DNA of 64,000 bases, taken from NCBI RefSeq assembly GCF_009834535.1, contig NC_045707.1, positions 49,540,001 through 49,604,000 of the forward strand, read 5' to 3'. The notes under the pieces were generated by a model, which was not told where the DNA came from, ran no database searches, and saw only the letters and a list, made by a program, of their open reading frames with translations. Below, piece by piece: positions 1-12,300 of the stretch (its first letter is position 1; every line of letters starts with the position of its first letter). Both the position numbers and the translations under genes were made by a program. Origin of the DNA: Camelus ferus (taxonomy: Eukaryota).

Positions 1-19
1 GACAGGAAATCTTTTTTTA

Positions 20-262
20 AAATTCCAGAAAATTCCAAAAAGCAAAACTTGAATTTGCTGCACACTGGCAACTATTTGCATAGCATTTATATTGGATTAG
101 ATATTACAAGTAGTCTAGAGGTGATTTAACATATACAGGAGGATGTGTGTAGGTTATAAGCAAGTACTATGCCATTGTATGTAAGGGACTTGAGCATCGT
201 GGATTTTAGTGTCTGAGCTGGGGGTCCCGGAACCAACCTCCGATGGATGCTGAGAGAGGATA
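20..262. mobile_element. TcMar-Tigger MITE (MER2/Tigger3 group), partial
   Basis: AAAGCAAAACTTGAATTTG...GTAAGGGACTTGAGCATCGTGGATTTT...GGGGGTCCCGGAACCAA resembles the MER2/Tigger3 terminal region. Confidence 0.8.
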
Positions 263-485
263 GGCTCTGGAGTCAGGCATAGAATTTTGGTTCTTCTGTT
301 TACCAGTGGAATGACTTTAGAGAAGTTGCTTTGACGTCTTTAAATCTCAGTTTTCTTATCTCTAATATAAGCGTATATGTTAATACAGCCTTACATAGTT
401 GTTGGAAAGACTAAATCAGATAATGTCTATAAAGCACTTAGCACAGGGATAGTACAAAATAAGCTTCCTAAAATGGTAGCTATTT
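263..485 (+). mobile_element. MIR SINE
   Basis: GGCTCTGGAGTCAG...CTCAGTTTTCTTATC core and 3' part TAAAGCACTTAGCACAG...ATGGTAGCTATT. Confidence 0.8.
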
Positions 486-949
486 GATCGCTATCATCCT
501 CTTTTTCTTCCTACTGCTTTAGGGATTGTCCAGCCTCTTGCTCTTCATGAGTGACATTTCTTCCCTGGACCATCACAAAATGAAACATAGGCTAATAGCT
601 CTCCCTTTTCTTTTGTAACCCCAAATTAGATTCATAGTATGATTGGCATTTTTAAAGACATTTAACCAGTGGTCATATTAAGAAAACCAAGAATGAAATG
701 CCTTCTACATATTGAGCAGGTTTTCATGTTTTTGGTATTTTTGGTTCCTTAAACACAATCACAGCCATTCGTGAACTTGTATAGCTTGGCTTAGAAGGAC
801 TAAAAGACTAAGGAAAAAGTCATCTTCAAAGAAAAGGAAAAACAGACAAGTTGTATTAATTCATGAACTAGGGTTCTAGGGATTTGAGTTCAGGTTTTCA
901 GAATGAGATAGAAGTAGAGGAGAAATTCTAGGTGGTGATAGCAGGGAAG

Positions 950-1356
950 AAAGGAGAATTCCTGATGCCACTAGACATAATGGCCATACCTCTTAAAAAA
1001 AGAGGGAGTCATACTGTTGTCTAAAGAGCATCAGTGTCCTCAACATGCAAGGGAATATTTATAACAGAACTGTTCTGGAAAATCTGGACTTTGGAGTTCC
1101 TACCAGCTAGGACAACAAATCTCGGAGATCCCTTCGTATATATTAGAGTTTGGACTGCCTGTGTTAACTCTAGTATGAAGTGCCTTTCTTTGGGGCCTCC
1201 CTGTCTAATGGCTTTGAGTCTCCACCTGTACTGAACTGAACAAAGTGTCCAGGTAGCACTCTCAGCCTTCAGAATATTCACTTCTCCCTTAGAACTGAAA
1301 AATCTGTGATACATGTTTTCTGGGTTTTGTAGGTATTTGCAGACACATTTTGATAA
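950..1356 (+). mobile_element. Ancient RTE-clade LINE reverse-transcriptase fossil (MamRTE1/L4-like)
   Basis: Ordered degenerate motifs across frames: IPLKKRG 986-1006, ISVLNMQGNIYNRTVLENL 1030-1086, FSLRTEK 1282-1302, LGFVGI..TF.D 1320-1354. Confidence 0.55.
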
Positions 1357-1799
1357 TCACCTTAGTTTCATCCCAGCTATATATTACTTTTTTTAATTAA
1401 AAATTCCTCGGATTCGATTTCTGGTATTTGATATTTGGTCACTGATAAGGAATCTACCACCTCTGAATCCCATTGTGACAGGTAACTAAATCCAACAGAA
1501 GATTTGCTATGTATAAATTCTTACCCATCACAATGGGTTAAGTTAATGTTTCAAGTTAAAAGAATATGATCCTTCAGTTACATACAGATTATCTTCTTTA
1601 CTATTTGCAAAACGAATTAGAAGAAAAATTAAATTGAAAAAGTATGTTTTCAGTAGGAAGAAACCCTAAAGGAAAATTACTTCCATAATCAACAATAGTA
1701 GTATGTTTTTTTAAACTTCCATTAAGTTGCACTGTTTGTATTGTTGCTTCCCTCCATGAAGTTTCTCAAAGACTCCCTTTCCTTTCTGTCAGGTCAATG

Positions 1800-2220
1800 A
1801 TGCCCAGCATGACTGACCTCTTCCTATCTCTACAAACTTACCTTGTTCCATTCTCCCACGATTTTCCTTTCTTTAACCACACAAGCCTTCATTCAGTCTT
1901 CGAAAGAGCTAAATCCCTTCCTACCCCAGGCCCTTTGCACATGCAGATTATCTTTACTGTCTTATTTCTTACCCTCCCCCCCCACACACTCTTCCATTGC
2001 TTTATTGCACATGCTCCTACCTCTTTGTACTTATCCTTTGTAGTACATGTTCATAATTGTAATTAATTCATTATTGGAATACTATCTCTCTCCCTGCTAG
2101 AATCAGATTTCCATGAGAACAGATACTTTATCCTTCTTATTCAAGCTCTATCTTCTGCTCCTAGCAAGAAAGCACACAGAAGGTGCTCACTAAAAAATTG
2201 ATTGGCTGATGGAATAAATA
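1800..2220 (+). mobile_element. L2 LINE 3' end
   Basis: GGCCCTTTGCACATGC, CCCTGCTAGAATCAGATTTCCATGAGAACAGA and GTGCTCACTAAAAAATTGATTGGCTGATGGAAT are L2-type 3' motifs. Confidence 0.7.
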
Positions 2221-3479
2221 CTACAGATTTTAGAGAAACTTTTAAGGTGATCATATTACACCCTCTTCCTGGCTTACCTAGCAATATTCTAGTTCTTCTG
2301 AGAAGCTGGCGGTCTTCTGTAGGTACTACAAAACTACTCAGAGAGAAGTTAATGTCAATAGTCATTTTTTAAGTCCCACAGGAAATGATTACTTTTACAG
2401 TTTCTGCTGGGCAGAACTGCCTTGACTCTTACCTGCCTAAGATGAAGTTACCTAGTCTCTTCATTAAAATCCCTTACCTTTTTGTCTGTTTATTTCAACT
2501 AGAATTCTCTCCTAACCAAGTCTATGGTACATAAGATACTTTCTTTCAAAAGTTGCATATTATATCTTTCTTTAAAAAGGAAAATCCTAACAACTAAAAA
2601 TCAAATTCTTATCCATTTTCCTCTTTCATCCTTTTTAACTAGTGTAATGTCACAAATCAACTCTAGCATCCCACCAAATGCTGTAGACCAAAAACTGAAA
2701 CTACTCTGCAATTGTCCAAATTACAGTGAACATCAGATAAAAGGTTTGCTATCTCCTGTTCTCTATTTTCAGGAGCCATAAATAACCCAGCACAAGCAGA
2801 GCTCACCCTGAAAGCAACACAACACATCCTAGAAGTTTAAATAGGGGGAGAACAGTGCTGCAGTTTCAGTAATATAAATGGAAGTCACATAAATTATCTT
2901 TTTAGCAATCCAAGTTGACCAGAATTTCATGACCAACCAAGCACCACCTTGTGCTCTGCATTTCCCCCCAAAGGTCTACTATACAATGCTGGTGTTGCAA
3001 TGCTGGTATTATTTGCTGTCCATGTGTGGTTAGCAGTAAAACAGAGAATCAACGTTTCTGTTTGTGTTTGTGAAACTTTTGAATAATTCACACAATAATC
3101 AGATAAATCTCAAACTGGCCTGTCCTGACATTTAAGACACAAGACCCATTCAAATAAAGAAAATAGGAAAGATGTCTCTGACTGCCCACAGACAGGTAGG
3201 TTGATCCTGGTTTCCTTCAAGCTAGCCTGTGATCAAATGTAGTCTACAGCCCTTACAAAAGTAAAGAATGGAAAGTCTTGTCACACTGGAGATTTAGTTA
3301 AACTGGATTCAAATATTTAGGCTATGACTACCCAGGATGAAGTAAAGTTGAAATATAGTTAATTTGACTATTAACTGGCCCCTGGACCTCAGCCATCCCC
3401 CACCAACACACACACACCACAAACACACACACACACATGCCCTTCAAATTTCAACATCTCTTTCCTTTGCAGTCCTCTT

Positions 3480-3699
3480 TGACCCTGTCTCTTGCCCTCA
3501 GCTCTGGTTGTATCCTCATCCTCTGTGTTTCCATAGTTCCCTAGTACTTGTTTTTAATTACCTATGTGTTTGTCTGTTACCTTAATAAGACCCATGAGCT
3601 GCTTAATGGCGAGAATCTTATTTTATTTCTCCTTATATTCCCAGCACTCAGTATTGATCCTGGTCCATAAGTATTTGATGAATGAATGAAGGAATGAAT
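3480..3699 (+). mobile_element. L2 LINE 3' end
   Basis: TATATTCCCAGCAC...TAAGTATTTGATGAATGAATGAAGGAATGAAT tail. Confidence 0.7.
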
Positions 3700-4960
3700 T
3701 ACACTAAAAGATTTCCTGTGGTGTCACAAAATGCATGACAAGGTAACTTTCTTAGAACCAAGGAAAGTGTACTTTCTTGCTGTTATCCTGAAACCTGAAG
3801 CCTAAAAGTTATCAAGTCTGAGATTCCCAGGACTGCACTCAGAGATTGCATAATGCCTGAGAAGTACCACAGTTGGCTATGTTCAGTGATGACTTGAAAA
3901 TTAAGAGGAAAATCTTCTATCCAGGACGCTGGCCCCACTTCAGCTGACTGTTTTGCAGATTCTATCACCACTCTAATTCTGCCATAGGAAGGGCTGCTTC
4001 CCTGGAACCACTCTGCCTCTCCCATCAAGGAGACAGAGCACGTGTTCTCCTTTCCCACAGCTGTTTCCTTGCCTTGCTCACCATCTTTATTGCTTCCTTG
4101 AAACCCTCCACCCATTGGGATTGCTCTCTTACCCACTGCATCCGTTACCTAGCAATATCCAGTGTGCCGCCCTGTACTGTTTGAGGTTATTGAAACTTGG
4201 CTTATAGTTTTTCTTTTCCTATAGTCCCCACCTATCATCGTTGGCAACTCTACTACCCACACCAAAAAATTATTTACGCTTCTAATTCCTTGCCCTCCTC
4301 CAATCCAGTGTCTTGTACTTAAGCACCAGAGTCTTGATTCTTCAGTTTACTTGCCCGCTCCTGGCTGTTTTCCTCTGTATGAACTGCTGATTTGGAAAGG
4401 GGGAGGATGGTTGGAGACAGGAGTTTGGCTTAGGCTAGGGACCTTGAGCAAAAGAACCATGTAACAAAGAGAAATAGATAACTTGGACCAGGAAGAGCAA
4501 AAAGATAAGGATGAGTCCAAATTATCAAGTACAATGAAGAAAGGTAAAATTGGTCTGATAGGTAAAAACCTAGAAAAATATTAATATAGAAGTAGTCACA
4601 GTGTTTATCACTCTCTTAGCTGCACTCAATTTCCCCTTCTCATCCTCATTTCCACCTTTGGAAACCAGCCTGACTCTGCCAGATCTCTTCCTAGACTTGT
4701 GTAATGCAGAGTGAAAGGAAAAGTTTGGAGACTAGAGAAGGAAAAGATTAATTGACCCAGTCAAGAGCTGGGGGAAAGTAATGGGAGGAATATGAATGGG
4801 ACAGGTCCCGCTGAGGGTGAGAGTAACAGGGGGGAAGAGTGGGATTAGGAAGTAAGAGGCTCTGACAATAAGAGAATTGCAAAGGAAAGGAAAAAGAAAA
4901 GAATTCAAAAGTTGGATCCCATTTATACCTTCCAAGAAATACAAAAGGAATTCCTCAATT

Positions 4961-4997
4961 TGTGTGTGTGTGTGTGTGTGTCTGTCTGTCCGTCTGT
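4961..4997 (+). repeat. (TG)n/(TCTG)n microsatellite
   Basis: Directly visible. Confidence 0.9.
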
Positions 4998-5513
4998 GCT
5001 TTACTCTGAGCCTGAATCACATAAGTTACAGCTCAACTGAATTACTTTGGAATCCAATGTGGAGGGTCAACATCAGACAGTGGACCAACTGAGTAAGGAC
5101 ATTTAGGATACAAACAATTATATGAATACTACTGACCAGCCCCTGAGTAAGCAGAGAGCTGTGGAGGCACAGGATGAAGATGGTGAGCCTTGAACTAGTC
5201 TGCAGAGCGCCAGTCCCTACCCTGGGTCAACCCAACCATCTGTTTCTGTGGGCTTGCTCCCAAGCTACCAAATGCATTTGTAGAAAATTGGCTCTAAAAC
5301 AAATTTATAATTTTCAAGCTCAGCGGGACTGTCAGTGCTGCTCAGCAATTCTTTTACTCACACATGATTGGCTCCCTTTCCCATCCCCAATAGCAGCTGT
5401 GCCCATGCTTCATCATTCTTTTTCAGGGCTCCAACACACTTTCTCCATTCATGCTTGCATTCAACAACCATTTATTGAGCATTTACTGTATTCCAAATGC
5501 CCTTCAGGAGCTT

Positions 5514-5828
5514 GTGGAAGGTAAAACATCATCATCACAAATTCACTGATGCTCCTCCCATCAAAAAGACAGGGTCTGTTTTCTTACCCCATCGAGCTAT
5601 TTGATTTGCTTTGGTGACTAGCATACAGCAGAAATAATGTTGTACTACTTTCAAATAAGCACTCAAGAGTCACTGCAGTTTGCCCTACCCTCTTTGTGCT
5701 CTGAAAAGCCCTAATCTAGTCTCCGTGAGGATGCAAGAGGACAGGGATAGAGACACCCGGGCAACTCAGCCATCACAGCTGAGCCCAGCTACTAGCCAGC
5801 CTGCCGACTGAAGGCCACCACTTGAGGA
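5514..5828 (+). mobile_element. MaLR LTR, MLT1G/H-like, partial
   Basis: TGTGG start; CACAAATTCACTGATGCTCCTCCCATCAA, TTGCTTTGG..CAGCAGAAATAATG, CAGCTGAGCCCAGC. Confidence 0.7.
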
Positions 5829-5829
5829 A

Positions 5830-6420
5830 GCTCCTCTGGTCTTTCTCCATTTCCTCCTGTCTCCACATGAGATCAGCCAATTTTCAGCAGCTCTCATCTC
5901 TTTCATGTAATGCCTATGGCAGCTAATAGTAGCCAATGCACACTCTCACTTTGACTCTTCAAAGTCTGGCTCCAACCATGCTTTTCTGTATCAACCTACC
6001 CCATTTATCACATTCTTCAATCTTATGAATGGTCCAGGCCTCTGGACTCTTCACCGTTTCCCAGACATGCCATGGATGTTCACACCATGCCCTTGCCTTT
6101 GCTCGTCACTGATGATTGACACTCCTGATATATTTTCTAGGTTCTGCTCAAGTGTATTTTTTGTGAAGTTGCCCACAACCTTGTCCTATCCAAAACCTTC
6201 CATCAAAATTAGTCTCTTCTTCCTCTGTTGTCCCAGAGAAATGTGTTTTTAATCCTAGTAGCATATAACATGGTTTTATAGTTATAGTTTATATATTTCT
6301 TTTTGTTCCAATCTGCATCTTGACCTTCAGTTACTAAAGAATCGCAATTTGGGATTACAGATCTCTGTGTTCCTGGTGTGTAATATAGAACATAGTGGGA
6401 GCTTACTTAATATTTATTAA
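5830..6420 (+). mobile_element. L2 LINE 3' region, degenerate
   Basis: Pyrimidine-rich L2-type text ending CATAGTGGGAGCTTACTTAATATTTATT. Confidence 0.5.
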
Positions 6421-7531
6421 AAAGTAACTATATGCATACAAGCTAACAGTATTCTAGTCAATTGAATGATTCTGTCCACCCATGTCTCACCAATAATCAC
6501 TGCCAAATTAAGTATGCAACAATCTACTGTGATATTTCACTCAACCAAAATGGCCAAGCCTGCCATGGGGCAGGTGGACTATTTCATGCCAAGAGCACCA
6601 TTCTGATTTGTTCAGAGCATTAAAAGGGAGAAGTTCTCAACAATACACAGATGGCATAAAAGATCTGATGCACTCTGTCTCCAAAGGGCAAGCACTTCAT
6701 TTTCTTCTTGCCACCAAGACAAGACTCATTATCTAATTTTGTGTATCTGTCTTAAAGTTATTTATAAATAGAGACCATAACTTTAAAAGGACAATTTTGG
6801 TAGCTGTTTAGAACTACCTCATTTAAATGCATGAAATCCTAAAATGTAACGCATTTTCAATGCATGAAATCATTGAAAAATGCAGAGAAGCATAGAAAAA
6901 TGGATATCTTTAGAAGATCCAGTTCACATTGCTTTGTGTTCCTGCTCATAGCACAAAGCTCCAGAGAAACATATAATCTTACTTTGTGAAGGTTACAGAT
7001 ATGTATATAAAATATTGTATTATGTATCTTTTACTTTCCACTCACATTTACGTTTATGGTATCTCAAATCTTAAGCATTTCACATACACTTTCTGATTGT
7101 GTTTTTGTATTTTTTTCTTAGACCTGTAGCTTGTTGAAGCTAGAAAGAACCTAAAAGTCATATAGCCCAATCCCTTCATTTCACTGAAATTCAGAAAGGT
7201 CAAATGACTCACTCAAGTTTACAGAATAAGAAAATAGTAATATTAACAAAAAGGTTTCCTGAGTCCACTAAAAATGGAAGTGGTATAGTAAAACTAACAT
7301 TTACTAAAGGGGTTATAGGATCTTGCAGTTTCACTTTTGGGTCAGATCAATTAAACATTTTTCCATTTTTAGGAAACTGGGGGCCAAATATAATCCTGCC
7401 TTTACTAAACTGACATATTCCCACACAGTACATATCTACCGTAATTCTACTAAAGAATCTGTGACTTTAAAAATTCCTTTTCTTAATCAGTCTAACTAGA
7501 GGTTTATTTTATATTTCAACACAGTTTGCTT

Positions 7532-7556
7532 ACACACACACACACACACACACACA
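7532..7556 (+). repeat. (AC)n microsatellite
   Basis: Directly visible. Confidence 0.95.
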
Positions 7557-8350
7557 TTTAGTAGCCTAGCTTAACTAGAAGGTACCTCTTTAACTAATGT
7601 GCATGCTTAACCTACAGTAATGAAAATCTTACCATGCCTGAATCCCTCAGATGCGTCAGTCACTTTTTCTTGGTGATTTAATCGCTTCCTTCCATTTAAT
7701 TACTTTGAGGATTAACTGTGGGCAAATGTATTCCAATAATAGGCCAATTTACAAAGAACAGGAAGCCTTCCTCGCAGTCCCAGGGGAAATTTAGCACTTC
7801 CGACTGTAACTCTGCATTACAGCTCTCATGTTTCTCTTAGCCCTTAAGCCATATGTATCACCTTACTAGTTTGGGTGTAAAAAAATGTTATGGGATGCAC
7901 TATTTACATGCTAGCATTTGTACACAATTTCTGGCAAGACTAAAGACGATTTTTCTTAATCTGGGCCATACAGGAAGCTATTTCTTTCTAAATCAAGTCG
8001 TAATGCTTAAACAAGCAAACAGTGCAGCCAAGACAAAAATCAATTTGCAAAAAAAAAAGGAAGCTTTTTTCCAAACACTTCAGCAGTCACTGGGGAATGA
8101 TGCTTTTACAAATCTAATGCTTGAGAGTATTACAGTATTAGGTTAGGTTGATCCTATTTTTCTAGTTGGATTTATTTTATCTGAGAGTCAAGGTGATTAA
8201 TAGTATTGAATACTACTATCACCAATGTTTTCACTACCAGAAGAAATACTTTCCTCCTGAATAATAAACATAGAAATCAGTCCAGTGACCTTCATTTGAT
8301 CTGTTGACCACATGTGTCTGGGCATCTTCCAATGGCTAAATTCTCCATGA

Positions 8351-8528
8351 CAGTGGTTCCCAAACTTTGTTGCACATTAGAATCATCTGAAGAGCTTTTA
8401 AAAATCCCAATGCCCAGGTCACACCCACCCCAATTAAATCAAAATATCTGGTGGGTGGAAGCCAAGCATCGGTGTTTTTAATGATTCCTTAGACGATTGC
8501 AGTAAGCAGCAAAATTTGGGAACCAGTG
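8351..8528. mobile_element. hAT-Charlie MITE, MER5 family
   Basis: TIRs CAGTGGTTCCCAAA (8351-8364) / TTTGGGAACCAGTG (8515-8528, 1 mismatch); 178 bp; MER5-type interior. Confidence 0.85.
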
Positions 8529-8823
8529 TTCCGGGACATTTCTGACTCATGTTTCTTTCCACTAGATAAATTCTCAGAATGGAGCATGAGTAGAGAATTT
8601 CCTTCTCTGTTCTAACTTCTACTCTTATAAAATCAAGAAATCTTAAAGATGTGTGTGGTTGGAGGTTATGTTTATTAAAACAGAGGGAAATTAATATTTA
8701 TATCATGAGCCATGAAACAGTTTATATCCTTAGATAACACCTATTTTAGTTTATGAATCTGTTTTAAAGATACAATAAAATATGCAGATGTGTGTACAAA
8801 GATGTCTGTATCAGTGTTAATTG

Positions 8824-11630
8824 GTTTTTTTTAACATTTTTATTGATTTATAATCATTTTACAATGTTGTGTCAAATTCCAGTGTTCAGCACAATTTTTC
8901 AGTCATTCATGGACATATACACACTCATTGTTACATTTTTTTTCTCTGTGAGTTATCATAACATTTTGTGTATATTTCCCTGTGCTATACAGTGTAATCT
9001 TGTTTATCTATTCTACAATTTTGAAATCCCAGTCTATCCCTTCCCACCCTCCACCCCCCTGGTAACCACAAGTCTGTATTCTCTGTCTGTGAGTCTATTT
9101 CTGTCCTGTATTTATGCTTTGTTTTTGTTTGTTTGTTTGTTTTTGTTTTTGTTTTTTAGATTCCACATATGAGCGATCTCATATGGTATTTTTCTTTCTC
9201 TTTCTGGCTTACTTCACTTAGAATGACATTCTCCAGGAGCATCCATGTTGCTGCAAATGGCATTATGTTGTCGGTTTTTATGGCTGAGTAGTATTCCATT
9301 GTATAAATATACCACCTCTTCTTTATCCAGTCACCTGTTGATGGACATTTAGGCTGTTTCCATGTTTTGGCTATTGTAAATAGTGCTGCTATGAACATTG
9401 GGGTGCAGGTGTCATCCTGAAGTAGATTTCCTTCTGGATACAAGCCCAGGAGTGGGATTCCTGGGTCATATGGTAAGTCTATTCCTAGTCTTTTGAGGAA
9501 TCTCCATACTGTTTTCCATAGTGGCTGCACCAAACTGCATTCCCACCAGCAGTGTAGGAGGGTTCCCCTTTCTCCACAGCCTCTCCAGCATTTGTCATTT
9601 GTGGATTTTTGAATGACAGCCATTCTGACTGGTGTGAGGTGATACCTCATTGTAGTTTCGATTTGCATTTCTCTGATAATTAGTGATATTGAGCATTTTT
9701 TCATGTGCTTTTTGATTATTTGTATGTCTTCCTTGGAGAATTGCTTGTTTAGGTCTTCTGCCCATTTTTGGATTGGGTTGTTTGTTTTTTTCTTATTGAG
9801 TCGTATGAGCTGCTTATATATTCTGGAGATCAAGCCTTTGTTGGTTTCACTTGCAAAAATTTTCTCCCATTCCGTAGGTTTTCTTCTTGTTTTACTTCTG
9901 GTTTCCTTTGCTGTGCAGAAGCTTGTAAGTTTCATTAGGTCCCATTTGTTTATTCTTGCTTTTATTTCTTCTAGGAGAAAATTTTTGAAATGTATGTCAG
10001 ATAATGTTTTGCCTATGCTTTCCTCTAGGAGGTTTATTGTATCTTGTCTTAGTGTTTAAGTCTTTAATCCATTTTGAGTTGATTTTTGTATATGGTATAA
10101 GGGAGTGTTCTAGCTTCATTGTTGTACATGCTGCTGTCCAGTTTCCCCAACACCATTTGCTGAAGAGACTGTCTTTATTCCATTGTATATTCTTGCCTCC
10201 TTTGTCAAAGATGAGTTGACCAAAAGTTTGTGGGTTCATTTCTGGGCTCTCTATTCTGTTCCATTGGTCTATATGTCTGTCTTGGTACCAATACCATGCT
10301 GTCTTGATGACTGTAGCTCTACAGTATTGTCTGAAGTCTGGGAGAGTTATTCCTCCAGCCTCTTTCTTTCTCTTCAGTAATGCTTTGGCAATTCTAGGTC
10401 TTTGATGGTTCCATATAAATTTTATTATGATTTGTTCTAGTTCTGTGAAATATGTCCTGGGTAATTGGATAGGGATTGCATTAAATCTGTAGATTGCCTT
10501 GGGCAGTGTGACCATTTTAACAATATTGATTCTTCCAATCCAAGAGCATGGAATAGCTTTCCATTTTTTAAAGTCTTCTTTAATTTCCTTCATCAATGGT
10601 TTATAGTTTTCTGTGTATAATTCTTTCACCTCCTTGGTTAGATTTATTCCCAGATATTTTATTACTTTGGGTGCTATTTTAAAGGGGATTGTTTCTTTAC
10701 TTTCTTCTTCTGTTGATTTATCGTTAGTGTAAAGAAATGCAACTGATTTTTGAACGTTAATTTTGTAACCTGCTACCTTGCTGAATTCTTCAATCAGCTC
10801 TAGTAGCTTTTGTGTGGACCTTTTAGGGTTTTCTATATATAGTAACATGTCATCATCATATAATGACACTTTTACCTCTTCTTTTCCAATTTGGATCCCT
10901 TTTATTTCTTTCTCTTGCCTGACTGCTGTGGCTAGGACTTCCAGGACTATGTTGAATAGGAGTGGTGATAGTGGGCATCCTTGTCTTGTCCCAGATTTTA
11001 GTGGGAAGCTTTTGAGTTTTTCACCGTTGAGTACTATGCTGGCTGTAGGTTTGTCATATATAGCTTTTATTATGTTGAGATATGTTCCCTCTATACCCAC
11101 TTTGGCAAGAGTTTTTATCATAAATGGGTGTTGAATTTTATCAAATGCTTTTTCTGCATCAATTGAGATGATCATGTGGTTTTTGTCCTTTCTCTTGTTG
11201 ATGTGATGTATTACATTGATTGATTTGTGTATGTTGAACCAGCCTTGTGTCCCTGGGATGAACCCCACTTGGTCATGATGTATAATCTTTTTTATGTGTT
11301 GTTGGATTCTATTTGCTAAAATTTTGGTGAGGATTTTGGCGTCTATGTTCATCAGTGATATTGGCCTATAATTCTCTTTTTTTGTAGTGTCTTTGCCTGG
11401 TTTTGGTATCAGGGTGATGGTGGCTTCATAGAATGAGTTTGGGAGTATTCCCTCCTTTTCAATCGTCTGGAAGAGTTTGAGAAGGACTGGTATGAGTTCT
11501 TCTTTGTATGTTTGGTAGAATTCCCCGGTGAAGCCGTCCAGTCCTGGACTTTTATTTGTAGGGAGGTTTTTAATTGCTATTTCTGTTTCCTTTCTAGTGA
11601 TCGGATTGTTCAAGTGTTCAGATTCTTCTT
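8824..11630 (-). mobile_element. Young 5'-truncated LINE-1 (ORF2 RT + C-terminus + 3'UTR)
   Basis: Clear L1 ORF2 translation; TSD GTGTTAATTG at 8814-8823 and 11631-11640; short poly(A) (T-run at 8825-8832); 3'UTR about 8833-9155. Confidence 0.98.
9156..11630 (-). pseudogene. LINE-1 ORF2p fragment (no endonuclease; RT and CCHC knuckle present), frameshifted
   Basis: ORFs 9997-11613 and 9156-9935 join via a single +1 frameshift near 10052; motifs [44 protein letters not shown]. Confidence 0.95.
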
Positions 11631-11640
11631 GTGTTAATTG

Positions 11641-12300
11641 TAATTTTATCAGTGTTTTTAATCAGTGTTAATTGTAATTTTAAAATATTTTTAAGTTTTT
11701 CTATCAAGATGTCATAGCTTAATGAATTATGAAACAACTATATGAAGAACATTATGTTTTCATTAAATAGGAAAATCTTCTCACTATGTGAAGTATAAAA
11801 GTACAATACATATATATATTCATACTTTAAAATGTCCTATATAAATCAGTTATATATACATATATGTGCATATATGTATATATATGTATATGCATATGCA
11901 TATGTGTATATATAAAATATTGGAAAGTATGTACATGACAAATATGCCTAAACACAAAAAGACAGGTCTGGAAGGTCACATTTTAAATTGGAAACAGTGT
12001 TTATTCTGGTCAGTACAGTAGAGCTGGGCAAAGTGAAGTCAGACTTTATTTTTCTATTGCATGTACTTTTTTCTTATTTGTGTTTTTACAGTGTTGCAAT
12101 GTATATCATTAAAATTTTAAGTAAACAGAATTAAAACAAACTAGAAAAGTAAGCACTCGTACATATGAAGAAAAAGTCTCACCAGGATGTAAATATATCT
12201 GGTTTATTGGGCCACGTGTGTATTTTTTTCTTTGTTATATCTTTTTGAGGTTTTTCCATTTTTTTTACTAAGCATCTATATAATTAGAAAAAGTTTAAAA
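11641..12300 (+). mobile_element. Old L1M (L1MC/L1ME-like) 3' fragment interrupted by the young L1; left part at about 8765-8813
   Basis: GATGTGTGTACAAAGATGT left of the insertion continues as AATGAATTATGAAACAACTATATGAAGAACATTATG; AT/TA-rich 3'UTR-like text. Confidence 0.55.

Noticed and set aside
9703..11134. Plus-strand ORFs of 65-118 aa
   Set aside because: Antisense shadows of L1 ORF2.
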